A DNA stretch of 64,000 bases, taken from contig JAQFVV010000007.1 in assembly GCA_028023455.1 (NCBI GenBank), positions 2,294,001 to 2,358,000 on the forward strand. The letters run 5' to 3'. Shown one piece after another: positions 41,863 to 52,741 of this stretch. Made by a program: the position numbers and the translations under genes. Origin of the DNA: Epiperipatus broadwayi (taxonomy: Eukaryota; Animalia; Onychophora). Numbering within the stretch: position 1 is the first letter of the stretch; each line of letters begins with the position of its first letter. Below the pieces are notes generated by a model. That model was not told the DNA's origin. It searched no databases and saw nothing but the letters and a program-made list of their open reading frames with translations.

Positions 41863-42140
41863 ATTTTCAATGATATAGATGGCTGAAGAGTTGGAAGTGG
41901 AGTAGATTGAATCCTATCCATTAAAGTTTGAAGATTTGCTATCTTAATATAACATGTACATATTATGTAATATATATGTGGGAGATGATGATCTGGACCA
42001 TCTGATGAGTGCTGATTCAGCACGAAATACGGATATTAGAAATCATTTATTTTTTTCACATGTGTGTGGCCATGTGTATCAGTTATACGAGATAGAGTGA
42101 ATAGCTGAAGGGAGCTTGAAAGTCTGTATTCAAATCCCCT
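41863..42140 (+). mobile_element. Hammerhead-family element, single-arm copy
   Basis: Matches the minus-strand unit of the 19.6 kb and 52.2 kb copies and ends GTATTCAAATCCCCT. Confidence 0.85.
41997..42040 (+). ncRNA. Type I hammerhead ribozyme motif (intact core, perfect stem II)
   Basis: ACCAT CTGATGA GTGCTG ATT CAGCAC GAA ATACGGAT A TTAGA: core CUGAUGA/GAAA intact and 6-bp stem II perfect; stems I and III eroded. Confidence 0.75.
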
Positions 42141-42338
42141 TTAATTAATTCTGTAACTTTTATTAAAAAAAACTCTGACGAGTTCAACAGAAAAAAATTT
42201 TTTTTTAGAGAAAGACTGTTACTATTTATTTATTTTAATTTTTGATAACTCAAAAAGTTTTTTACAAGTAATAAAGTTTCTATGCCCTAAATCATAAAGC
42301 AACAATATTATTTTACTGCATTCATGTATTTATCTAAA

Positions 42339-42551
42339 TATGAAGATTGGCTATCTTAATATAAGCTGAGCTTTGATTGTATATAGGTATGGAGATAATA
42401 ATCTGGACCAACTGATGAATGCTGGTTTAGCACGAAATACCTATATTGGTGATTGTTTATGTTTTCGACGTGTGTGTGATCAAGTGTATCAACGATATGA
42501 GATAGCACGGATAGTTGAGGGTCGTGTGAAAGTCTGAGTTCAACCCCCCTA
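42339..42551 (+). mobile_element. Hammerhead-family element, second direct copy
   Basis: Same family and strand as 41863-42140, about 200 bp downstream; ends GAGTTCAACCCCCCTA followed by TATA. Confidence 0.85.
42407..42450 (+). ncRNA. Type I hammerhead ribozyme motif (best-preserved copy)
   Basis: ACCAA CTGATGA ATGCTG GTT TAGCAC GAA ATACCTAT A TTGGT: perfect 5-bp stem I, intact core, AUA cleavage triplet (cut after 42445). Only G10.1 is changed, to A. Confidence 0.8.
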
Positions 42552-42999
42552 TATATTATCTACAGATGAATTAATATCAGAAGTTAGTTTTACTTTTATT
42601 CAAAATAGTTCTTTATGTAAGAAGAAAAATAACAGAGGAACTGATAATTATTCAACAAACCAATGATTATCTGGCAATATCATAAAGTAGAATTGTGATA
42701 AATACTTGGTATTTTTTTTACTAAATTCACCATTTATAGATAAGGTTCTATATAAAGTAAGACTTTTTTCAAGCAACATTACTTTTTGCCTCAGAATAAA
42801 AAATTGAAGAAATAATAATGGCAAAAAAAAAAAAAGTCTAGACAAAATCAGAGTTTCAAGATTCAGAATTCAAAAAAAACAATCAATTGTAAAGATTATC
42901 AGACACATTTAGAAGTTATTGGAGCAACTATATATGTCAATAAGATAGAATACAACTTTCCAAATGTAATGTTCAGAAAATAGTTTCAATACAAATATA

Positions 43000-43880
43000 C
43001 CATCAAAAAAAAAAAAAGTCGCCGTGGGAGTAGCAAAAAAAGCTCCCAAACAATATAGGCATGAAAATACTAATCGTAACTGTAACTACAAAGCTCAGCA
43101 GTATTTTTTTTTTTTTAAATGTCAGTGCCAAAATAGCAACTAGTTATCTATTTTATTTACGTTTTATTTTTACTGGGATATTCACGCGAGCGATTTTCGC
43201 AGATAATTTTAGTTCAACTCTTGAAATCTTTCATTTGCGAGACGTAATCTGTTCTACCAAAAGAATTTTAGAAATTTCTAAGATAAGGAAGTCTCTTACC
43301 CGGTGGAAATACATTAAAAAAATTATTTAAAAAATACATACATCAAAATGATAAAAATGAACGTGAGAAAGATTTTTGGTTAGAAAATAGATTAGATAAA
43401 ACTAAAACATTAACTTTTTTTTTTTCAATTATTATTTAATTTAAATAATTTTTCTATTGTTTTTAACGGTGATATTTGTTAAGACTGTTGTCGCTGTTAA
43501 GCTTACAATACTTTATTCTAGACATTTGTCTCAGACAAAAATAAATAAAATATAAATGAAATAATATAGTGCAATTAAATCAAATAAATAAACTTAGTCT
43601 TTGTTATTGCGCAACGAATAGAAATTTTTAAAAAGTGCGGGGAAAAAACCGCTCTTCGGTCTGATCAAATGAGATGTTTCAAAGAGGCCGCTCGATGCGC
43701 ATCTCCTGCTCGTATTACCAAGTTTCTTTAGTATACAGACTCGAAAGATAAATGAAGACAGTTTGATTTACAAAAGTGATAGGTTTTCAACCTTTTTAAT
43801 TCCTCTTTCTACATTGTAAATGAAGAATTTGACAGAATTAGCCAGTACGATATCATATGTAAAATGGGGGGGGGGGGGGC
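43000..43880. promoter_or_regulatory. CpG-retaining non-coding segment (candidate enhancer or promoter)
   Basis: Clusters of CpG (TTCACGCGAGCGATTTTCGC, GAGGCCGCTCGATGCGC) in otherwise CpG-poor DNA; no convincing ORF; ends in a G14 tract. Confidence 0.3.
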
Positions 43881-46800
43881 TCTGAACCTTGAAATAGGTT
43901 ACTAAATATACATAAATTATTTATTTGCACAACACTTTTTAATTAATAATATTTAATGTGCAAACACACTCATTTAACTGTTACATTACAAATATCAATT
44001 TATTTACATTTTATTTTTGAGAAGCTAAATATTTATTTAGTCGTATAATAAAGAAGCTTTTAAATAATTTATAGCGGAGCAAAATTTTCACCTACATTTC
44101 GTCATAAAAGAAATAGTAAAGAAGAAAGCATTACTCTTTCGATCTGCCAAGTGATTTTCTACCTATCTAAGAATAGCTCAGATATCCATTTATTATTCAA
44201 TGCTAAATGGTAGCTGAGTTGATTGTGTATCAGATTTCTGAAAAAAAAAACAATCCTTAAACTCTATTAGAACATGGGGATAAAAAAATCCAACTTTACC
44301 AGCCCAGATGAAAACCCAGATTGTTTTAGGATGACAATCTTTTGCATTAAATCACATATTTTTGAATAAATAGATAATATTTAAACACCTTAAATAAAAT
44401 TTTAATTTTAAAAAATGAATTTTTAATAGAAGTACATCTATTTTAGGATCAATATACTATATCTTTTTTCTTTATACAACTGGGTCTCGTTTTATGCGGA
44501 TTATTTTAATGCCATTTTGAAGTTATGCGATTCATGTTTCTTCTTAATATCTTTCATATTTCACTATATTTATTAGATATCAATAAATTTAAATTATTAA
44601 TAACTTATTTTGACTTGAAATGCTTTTTTTTATTTCAACACTATAACGTTATATTAACAGCTAACGTGAAAATGGCCTGAAGCTGTATGTAAATAACCTA
44701 TTTATACTAATGAGTAAATAATAATAATAGATTTATACTTACATATAAAAAATATCACAATAAATATTTAAAAAATTTAAACTTTTAAAATGTATTTTGT
44801 TATATATAACAGAAATAAATAATCTTTTAGATTTTTAAAATAAAAAACGAAGATTTTATAAACTGAAAATAATCTTTTTAATAATAATGTATAATCTTTT
44901 TGTTTTGATTACAATCTCATTGTTTTAATATAGAAACAGAAAACCATTAACACAGCACAAGACTTCTAGTTGATCACGAATAAAAATAAAGTGGCCATAA
45001 TTGCTGAGAGATTCTTGACTTCGTTTAAGGAGAAGCCACAATATATCATATCACATCACATCGAATCTGATTTCTTATCAGTTTACAAACAAACGCTAGT
45101 GGTAATAATTAAAATATGTATGAAAAATGTAAAATTAAATACTGTAGTTAATAAAAAAAAGTTAAAAAGTTTGTCTTGTATTTTTTTTTTCAAATATTTG
45201 AAATTTTTTATTAGTTATAATTTATTTGCTTATTTTTTTAATGCAAATTTTAAAGTAATTTTTTCTTGTTGCTTTGCTTTTATGCTAATTCTGAAAAATA
45301 CAGAACCTATCCCCCATTTTTTAAGGTAAGTTAAGTCTATGTTTGTGTGATTTTTTAAATGTGTGTTTTCTGTGGAATCTATCTACCACATAAAACGATA
45401 TCTTTAATGGATTCTACTTTATTTTACTTTTTTTATATTTATTTTGTTTTTATTTTATTAATAATATCTATTGTAAAATAATTACTATGGTTATAGCTTG
45501 CCTGCAAGTATAGCCACATATTGGTTTTCCAATTATATAGCTAATAGAGCATATATTGAAGCAGTCAATCTGATACTCAGATTGAGCTTCACAGCCCACT
45601 CAGAATCTGCCACCACCAAACCATATTAAAACTCCATCCTTATGCATATATACACATTTATTAATGCATTTTTTGCTTAATTATTAAAAATAATCATTGA
45701 CGTGGATAGTTAATATCTTAATTTAAATATTCTAAATGAATAAATATTTTATATTATATTATTCGTATATGTGCGTAATGGATACATATTGAAACAGGCA
45801 GATCTATCAATCCTCCTGTTTCACATACTATATACTATAGTAGTATTTTTATTTATGTAACTATCACCAAATTATCGTATATCAGGTTAATATTGTATTA
45901 AAATCAGACTGAATTTAAACCTAAAGATATTAGTCATGTGTGTGTGTATATATATATCTTAGCCTACAGTATAAAAAATTGTACCTGTATATGTAAAAAC
46001 CCATATATACACACATATATATTTCTAGTAGTAAATAAATGAAAATTGCATTGTATGTGTAACAAGAGACTACATATATGCAGAAAAGAATAATGTTAAT
46101 AGAATTAAAACATTATAAATTTCTTTATTTAGAATAATTATTCTAAAAGTAATATTTGAAAGCATTGTATAATTCTGCATATATCAATAAATTAAATGTT
46201 CGAGTTACATATATATCCAGATGTTTTCCATCTGTAGATTTGTTTTCTAAAAAGATGACCTCATAAAACTTAAACTTTTTTGCTGTATTTTGACCCAATT
46301 ACAAAATTAAAAGTAACAATAGCTTGTAGAATAAGATATGAATAAATTATCCTGAGTAATTAAGGAAAAATTGTGGATGACCAGATGTAAACCCAGTTGC
46401 AAGAAATAAAACACAGTGTGATTCCACAATTCTTAGAATACAGCGAGAAAATTAGCAAAACAGATCCAAAAACTTACTATGACAAGGGAGAGGGGGGGTA
46501 AACTGATAATATAAGCCTCTGCAGCCATCTTTAGCTCATTCAGACATTATTCTAAGTCAACTCGTTGACAAATTATGTTAAAATTGGTGATGATGATAGT
46601 GGGCTAGAATAGCAACTCCCTTGCTGTCTGGAGCCTGGAAGATCTACCATGCGGAGAGCAGTAAGATGAAAACTGTAGGATAGAAGCAGATACCTGTTGA
46701 CAGAGCCTTTCAATATGAAACCAACTTGCCAGCAGAAAGAAAAGAGAGTGGTAATAACCTCTCTCCATTTAAAACTAATAATTCAACTAAAATGCAATAA

Positions 46801-48526
46801 TTGCTAAAAAAACTAGCTAAATCTAAAATCTATGGCCATAGTAATAATGTACTTAAACTCACCTCTTAAATGTAATTTTGTTTTCTTTATTTTAATCTTA
46901 AAATCTTGCCTGATTTGATAACTGATTTGATAACTGGTTTAATAACTTATTTATTGATTTACGTACTCCATTTATTTATTAATTTATTTGTTGGTTTGCT
47001 GATTTATCTCTGATTGATTTAGTTTCAAAGTATTTAGCTTATTCTGAGTTATTAAAAGTTACTTAGTTTTAACTGGCTTAAATCGATTGATTTTAAATTA
47101 TTTGTCATAACTTCTGTTACGTATAATTCTAAATGCTTTATTCTAAAATGATAATTAAGTTTCTAAGTTATTTTACATATTTTAACTTAATGATATTTGC
47201 TTTTACACATTTTCACATAATGAGAATATTTGCCTTTATTAATTCTTGTACACAACTTAAAATTGTATTGAACTGAGTCAATCAGATTTAAACTAATTGT
47301 GTTGCAATTTCTTTTTAAACTAGGTTAAAACAAAACCAAACTCCAGATTTCACTTACGTGAAATCTCCTCTTTAAACTTACATTTCTTTTAGTTAAATCT
47401 ACACCAACTGTTATTATTTTCAATTATGTATTTGTTTATGCTATATTTGTTCAAAAGGGAGTTTTACTCTTAGTTAAATGCTTAGTGAGAAGTGAGTAAA
47501 TTTTTTCACACATATATGTAATATTGCGTAGATTAACGCACAAAAGAAACTCTGTTTTGAAAGGTATAAAATGTCTTATTTAAGAGATAATTAAAAGCTT
47601 ACAGCTACTTTAAGATAGATTTGCTTTAGAGATAATATTTAACTAATATTTAGCTAGAGTGATGAAATACAATATAAAGTTATAACTTTATATCGTAATT
47701 CTCTATAATATGCTGTACTCCCTAGAATTATAAATGCCTATATAGATAGCTTTGTAAAATAGATTCATAAGCTTTCCTTAATAGCATAATTATAGATGCT
47801 ATATAATGAACTGATCCACGGTAGTTTCATGAAGGAAACTATTGTTTAGCATCCTAATTTCTATTATATAATAATGTAATCAGTGGTGCGAATGTGTCTT
47901 TAAAAAACGCTATGGTGTATATATTTGTTGCTATGTATATTTTTTAATGGGTGTATGTGTAAAAGCTACACCATTACTCTCTTAGTTCAGACAACTATCT
48001 CCTTCAAATGGCAGTTGGCTATCCCCACCCCATTCTGCATTCTCTGAAATGGAGCATGAGGCTCCCATAGTTTAATTAGTTGTTCGATCACTGGACTAAA
48101 AGGTCTCTTATTTCCACAGCAATGAGTATGGTGAAAATAGAACCGTTACTTGGTATAAATCCCCTGAAAAGGCACATTTGAAACCCAGGGACTTAGATCT
48201 TATATTTTCTATATGCCTTGGTATCTGAATTCTGACTGCCAATCATCAGTTCATCCCGCCATAATAATTGTATTTATCAGCTTTGATCTGAATTCGAGTC
48301 TAATTTTATAGGCACATAAGCTATATAGAGAATATTAAGTATCTGCGCTTAATAAAATGTGATATTCTTTATAAATGTTTATAATCATTTCTGCTAGCTC
48401 TAAAGAGGATCTAGATCCTGTTATATAGCATAAACTAGGCATAGATAGTCATGATCAAATTAACCTCGATCTATAAAGTAATATTAAAGCTCATGAAACT
48501 GTAATTTTAAATGTATAATTTCTTCA

Positions 48527-48875
48527 TCACCTGCGAGTGATATATATATAGCAAAGTAAATTAAATTATTTGTAACCCAAACTACAATCACCTGCACATG
48601 ATTGGAATTACTATATATAAACAGTAAATACTCATATTAAAATCATCATCAATGAGTGATATACATATATATGATAAATATAATAATGTAACTAATTTGT
48701 AACCATAATAATTAATGTCACCTGTGAGTGATTTCAATTGTCACATATGCATATGTAAATTAAAGCTACGTGTAACTAAGAAAATCATAAATGATTATAT
48801 TCTCAATCATCACTTGCATGTGAACCCAAAACTCAAATGTTAAATTGTATCCCTAACTTAATCACCTGCGAGTGA
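48527..48875. repeat. Six spaced copies of a 14-bp motif, consensus TCACCTGCGAGTGA
   Basis: Copies at 48527, 48588, 48646, 48718, 48810 and 48862 (spacing 52-92 bp); spacers poorly conserved. Confidence 0.7.
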
Positions 48876-50912
48876 GACAACCTATATAGCCACATTATAA
48901 TCATTATTTTCATTTATTAATTTTATTATTTGGTTTTCATTAAATTAATTTTAAATTTAACTTTTGTTTCATGTCTCAATGTTGCTCATTGGTAAGTCAT
49001 TATTGATTAGTTAATCATTAGTTAAGAATCACAATCCATATTTGATAAATTATGTTCTGCCACATACATCATCTATATAACTATACTAGTTAGAATTTCA
49101 ATTTCCCATAGTCTTGTGTTTTACCGATGTTCTACTGCCGGCATGTGATGAAAGAGAATGCTGCTGTGGCCTCATATGTGTCATCCACAAGGTGGTAAAT
49201 CTTTGAGCATTAGTAAAGGAATTGGGGCTATATCAGACAACATGGTTTGTACCACTCTATGCTGGACAGTCTTGGGATGATTTACTAAAACTCTGGATTT
49301 TGTTGCACAAATGTACAGATTTGACCATTACAATATATATCATAGGTGATGTGAGATTCATTGTAAAGGGCTTATAATATCAAAATATATTTTATTAATT
49401 TGTATTTTTTAAATTTTATTAAATTTTATTATTTATTTTAGTAATGGCAGTCAGAAAATAAAAGGCTGATGCAATTCTGCCAAATATTCTCGAATGCAAT
49501 TAAGTCAATTAACTGGAAATCATTAGTCTGAATTAAAATGTTATAATTTTATAAAAATAATGTAAAATCCATTAATGGAAATTTTATCCACTTCAAATTT
49601 GTTTTAAAATCTCAGATTATATTTTAAAACATCGTTCAAAAAATTCTTAGCAGGATTGCATTGTCTTCAAAACTTATAGGAACAAAGATATGCATTGGTA
49701 TGCAACTTGCTGGTCGATAACATAGATAAATTGCTTTAGGTGAACCAGTTAAAAGCATTACAGAATAATTTTAAAATCATATAAATACTGCTGGATTTGA
49801 ACACTCAAGAAGAGCAAATAATTTGAGTGACCAATGGCCAACAAAATCCATGCTTATCATGCCTTTAACACAATGTATTGTGGGTAGGTAAAAACTTCAC
49901 CTTTACCACCATTCCAGAATGCCTGTTTTCTCTACACCACCCACCCAGGATCCAGATACTCATAAACTATTACTATGAATCTATATCCTGAATAATAAAA
50001 GTACTACCTGCCTGACTAACATGAACAAAACTAGATCTAGTCTCCACAGGATTTTCAAATCCAAGAATCGCCATCAATACTAAACAAGGTAACCAATCCA
50101 TGTTGCTGCTATAACTCATCATAAGTTTACATTTATAATCTAAATTTAAAACTGTACTTCTTGTCTAACCATTCTTTTAAGTATAATGTGATCATTTTTT
50201 AGCTGATAAGAAGATCAGAAATATCTAACTAATATAATTTGCAAATTCTTAACCTTATTGTTAAAAATATGTTCAACTTTCCATAAACTCTCTTAATCTG
50301 TCTCCTATCATTTAGCCTCTAGTAAATAATTCTTATTTCACTTTCATGTGACAACAAATATTTCATATTTTGATTATTATGTTTTATAGTTTGTATTTTA
50401 AATAATATGCCAATAATTTTCTAAATTTGCAAGAATGTTCACTCTCTCTTTTAAATCCCCGTCTTTTTTTTCATGGGGAGATCAGTTTAGCTTCTTTGTT
50501 ATTTCAATTACAGCGTACACTTGCAGATTTTGAAAAAAAAAAACTTAATTATATTATAGTGTATTTATCGAGAAACAGTAGAAATCTGTTTTTCTAAGAA
50601 ATGTTTTTTTTCTCTTTAAAATAATAGCGTTAAGACTAAAAGTTCAAATCCGTTTTATATGAAATTAAATCAACATTTTATTTTATGAAATCAATAACCA
50701 CCACCTAACTCTTATATAGATAATGGTGTATACTATCATCATCAAAGCACTTAGAAATGAATTTTCATATCTATTTTAATGTTTATGGGAAGTTTTATAT
50801 ATAAATTAATGTAACGGGAAGGGGGACATTTTATTAATGAATTTAAATTCTCCCTTATTATTTAGTATTTTAAATTATACCATTATGTGAGATATTCCAT
50901 AATATATAGGTA

Positions 50913-51329
50913 TTAATTAATTAAGTATTTTTTTAAAGTTTTATAAGTGTTGTTTCGAGCATTGCGTGCATACTGGTCTCCTTGTTCGTTTATATATATT
51001 TGTGCTTCATTCTCCACGGGTGTATCAGAAAAACCGAACCCCGTCTCATATCTCCAAGTCCAAGAACCAGGCTCTTAACCCCCCTGGGGACTTATTTGGT
51101 CGCTTGAGCTAGCTCCATATGAAAACTGCTCTGGTAAAAACTGGCCTATAAAAACTCACAGCAAACTGTTCTTTGTTTCATTAACCGATTCTGCCAAAGT
51201 TTGCAGACATATATCGGTTGTTATTTCTTTCAATGAATTTTTGGAAGGACCTTCAAAGATCTGTGAATGGATCACATAAATATGACACCATGCACACACC
51301 ACCCTTTTTGTTCTAGTTCCAAATAAAAC
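50913..51329 (-). pseudogene. 139-codon reading frame with two internal stops, unidentified (may contain a Pax3/7 downstream exon)
   Basis: VLFGTRTKRVVCAWCH...NSLL*VFIGQFLPEQFSYGASSSDQISPQGG*EPGSWTWRYETGFGFSDTP...YLIN*; GC- and CpG-richer than the flanks. Confidence 0.3.
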
Positions 51330-52227
51330 CTATGAATATCCATAAGCCGTAATGTTCTGATTCTACTAAGCAGATTTCTAAATGATATTATTTTGATGTG
51401 TGCGTCATTTTTCGACGCAATTATATATGTTCTAGATTAGCTTTCCCACACATGTTTTCTTACTCAGTATAAACTGAGATTATTCCACTTATTAATGTAA
51501 AGTGTATTTTATAATAAAGTTATTAATTTCAAATATTCAGTCAAGTATTATATTTTGTTCCTCTTTCTAGGGGTGGATTTAAGATTCCTTTACTTACTCG
51601 AATAGCGCTATTAAAACTATTTGCAAATATTATTGTTTATTGATTATTGGTATATAAATCAGCCACAATAAAAATAATAAAGTAATGAATCTATCTGTAA
51701 CTTTTAAATTATAAAAGTAAATACCGTGTTATATAATCTAAAGAGGCCAGTGAAGACTAACGCGGAGAAATATAACTCACACATATTTTGCTTAAATTAA
51801 TAAATCATACATATATAATAACTTGCAGAATCATTGTTTCATTTATTTAAAATATTATATTTGGATTAATAAATTATGCTTGCTCTGACTAGATGATCTC
51901 CCGCTAAACGTATATATATAATTAACATGAAAGGTCACGATCTTTAAATGTATCAAACTTGTGTATTTTAAACTAAAATGTTTCACTATCATTTATTTCC
52001 AATCAGAGTCTCTTTGTATCTCCGCTTTGTGATGACAGTGGAAAGAGATCAATTAGATCGGTATTATCATGATTGTTGCTCATAATTTGGTAGATCTGGA
52101 AAATAGGCAAATAGGGCAGAGTTCATGAGTGTTCCTTACATATGTATCTTGCACATGATTGGACTTGAGATACTTTTGTCTAGATGCTAGATCTTGTTAT
52201 ATGAACAGACAAAACCAACGGAAACAA

Positions 52228-52741
52228 TAGAGGATTTGAACTCACTTTCAAGCACCCTTCAATTATCCATACTATCTCATAACACTGATACCCATGACTA
52301 CATACATGTAGAAAATATAAATAATCAGCAATATTCATATTTCATGCTAAACCAGCACTTATCAGTTGTTCCAGATTATCATCTCCCACACCTATATATA
52401 ATCAGTGCTCAGTTTATATTAAGATAGCAAATCTTCATACTTTAATGGACAGGTTTTAATCCACTCCAGCCTCCAACTCCTCAGCCATTCATACCATTGA
52501 AAATCTGATGATGAAAAATCCAAATCCCATGCTGATGCCAGTATATATTGTCATGCCCATGTTGACCTCAAGTCATTCTGACCCCTCATGTATAGATCCT
52601 TATCCATTTAAATACATAGACTATAGAGGGATGGACAGGTGATTATTTATCATTTCTACATGTATGTGGTCATGTGTATCAGTGGCATGAGATAGTATGG
52701 ATAGTTGGAGGGTGCTTGAAAGTCTGAGTTCAAATCCCCTA
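52228..52741. mobile_element. Hammerhead-family element, asymmetric palindromic copy (longest internal sequence)
   Basis: Minus-strand unit of about 400 bp (HHR at ~52325-52370, G8 changed to A) joined to an inverted 104-bp arm 52638-52741; termini TAGAGGATTTGAAC / GTTCAAATCCCCTA. Confidence 0.9.

Noticed and set aside
42175-42193. CTGACGAGTTCAACAGAAA between the tandem copies as another hammerhead
   Set aside because: Extra base before GAAA, and no stem I or III pairing; likely chance.
43866-43879. G14 tract as a functional G-quadruplex
   Set aside because: Isolated homopolymer of uncertain length with no supporting context.
44970-45329. 119-aa plus-strand ORF
   Set aside because: TTG start, AT-rich low-complexity second half, no recognisable domain or splice structure.
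48527-48875. CRISPR-like array
   Set aside because: Eukaryotic context, repeats only 14 bp and degenerate, irregular spacers, no cas genes.
49850-50110. Minus-strand MDWLPCLVLMAILG... as a signal peptide or env remnant
   Set aside because: Short, ends in stops, no further supporting motif.
52430-52630. GIY-YIG endonuclease remnant inside the hammerhead element (IVYVF..IYT; ELE..WI..P)
   Set aside because: Only loosely similar, with wrong spacing and inconsistent frames between copies; it needs a consensus-based HMM search before it can be claimed.
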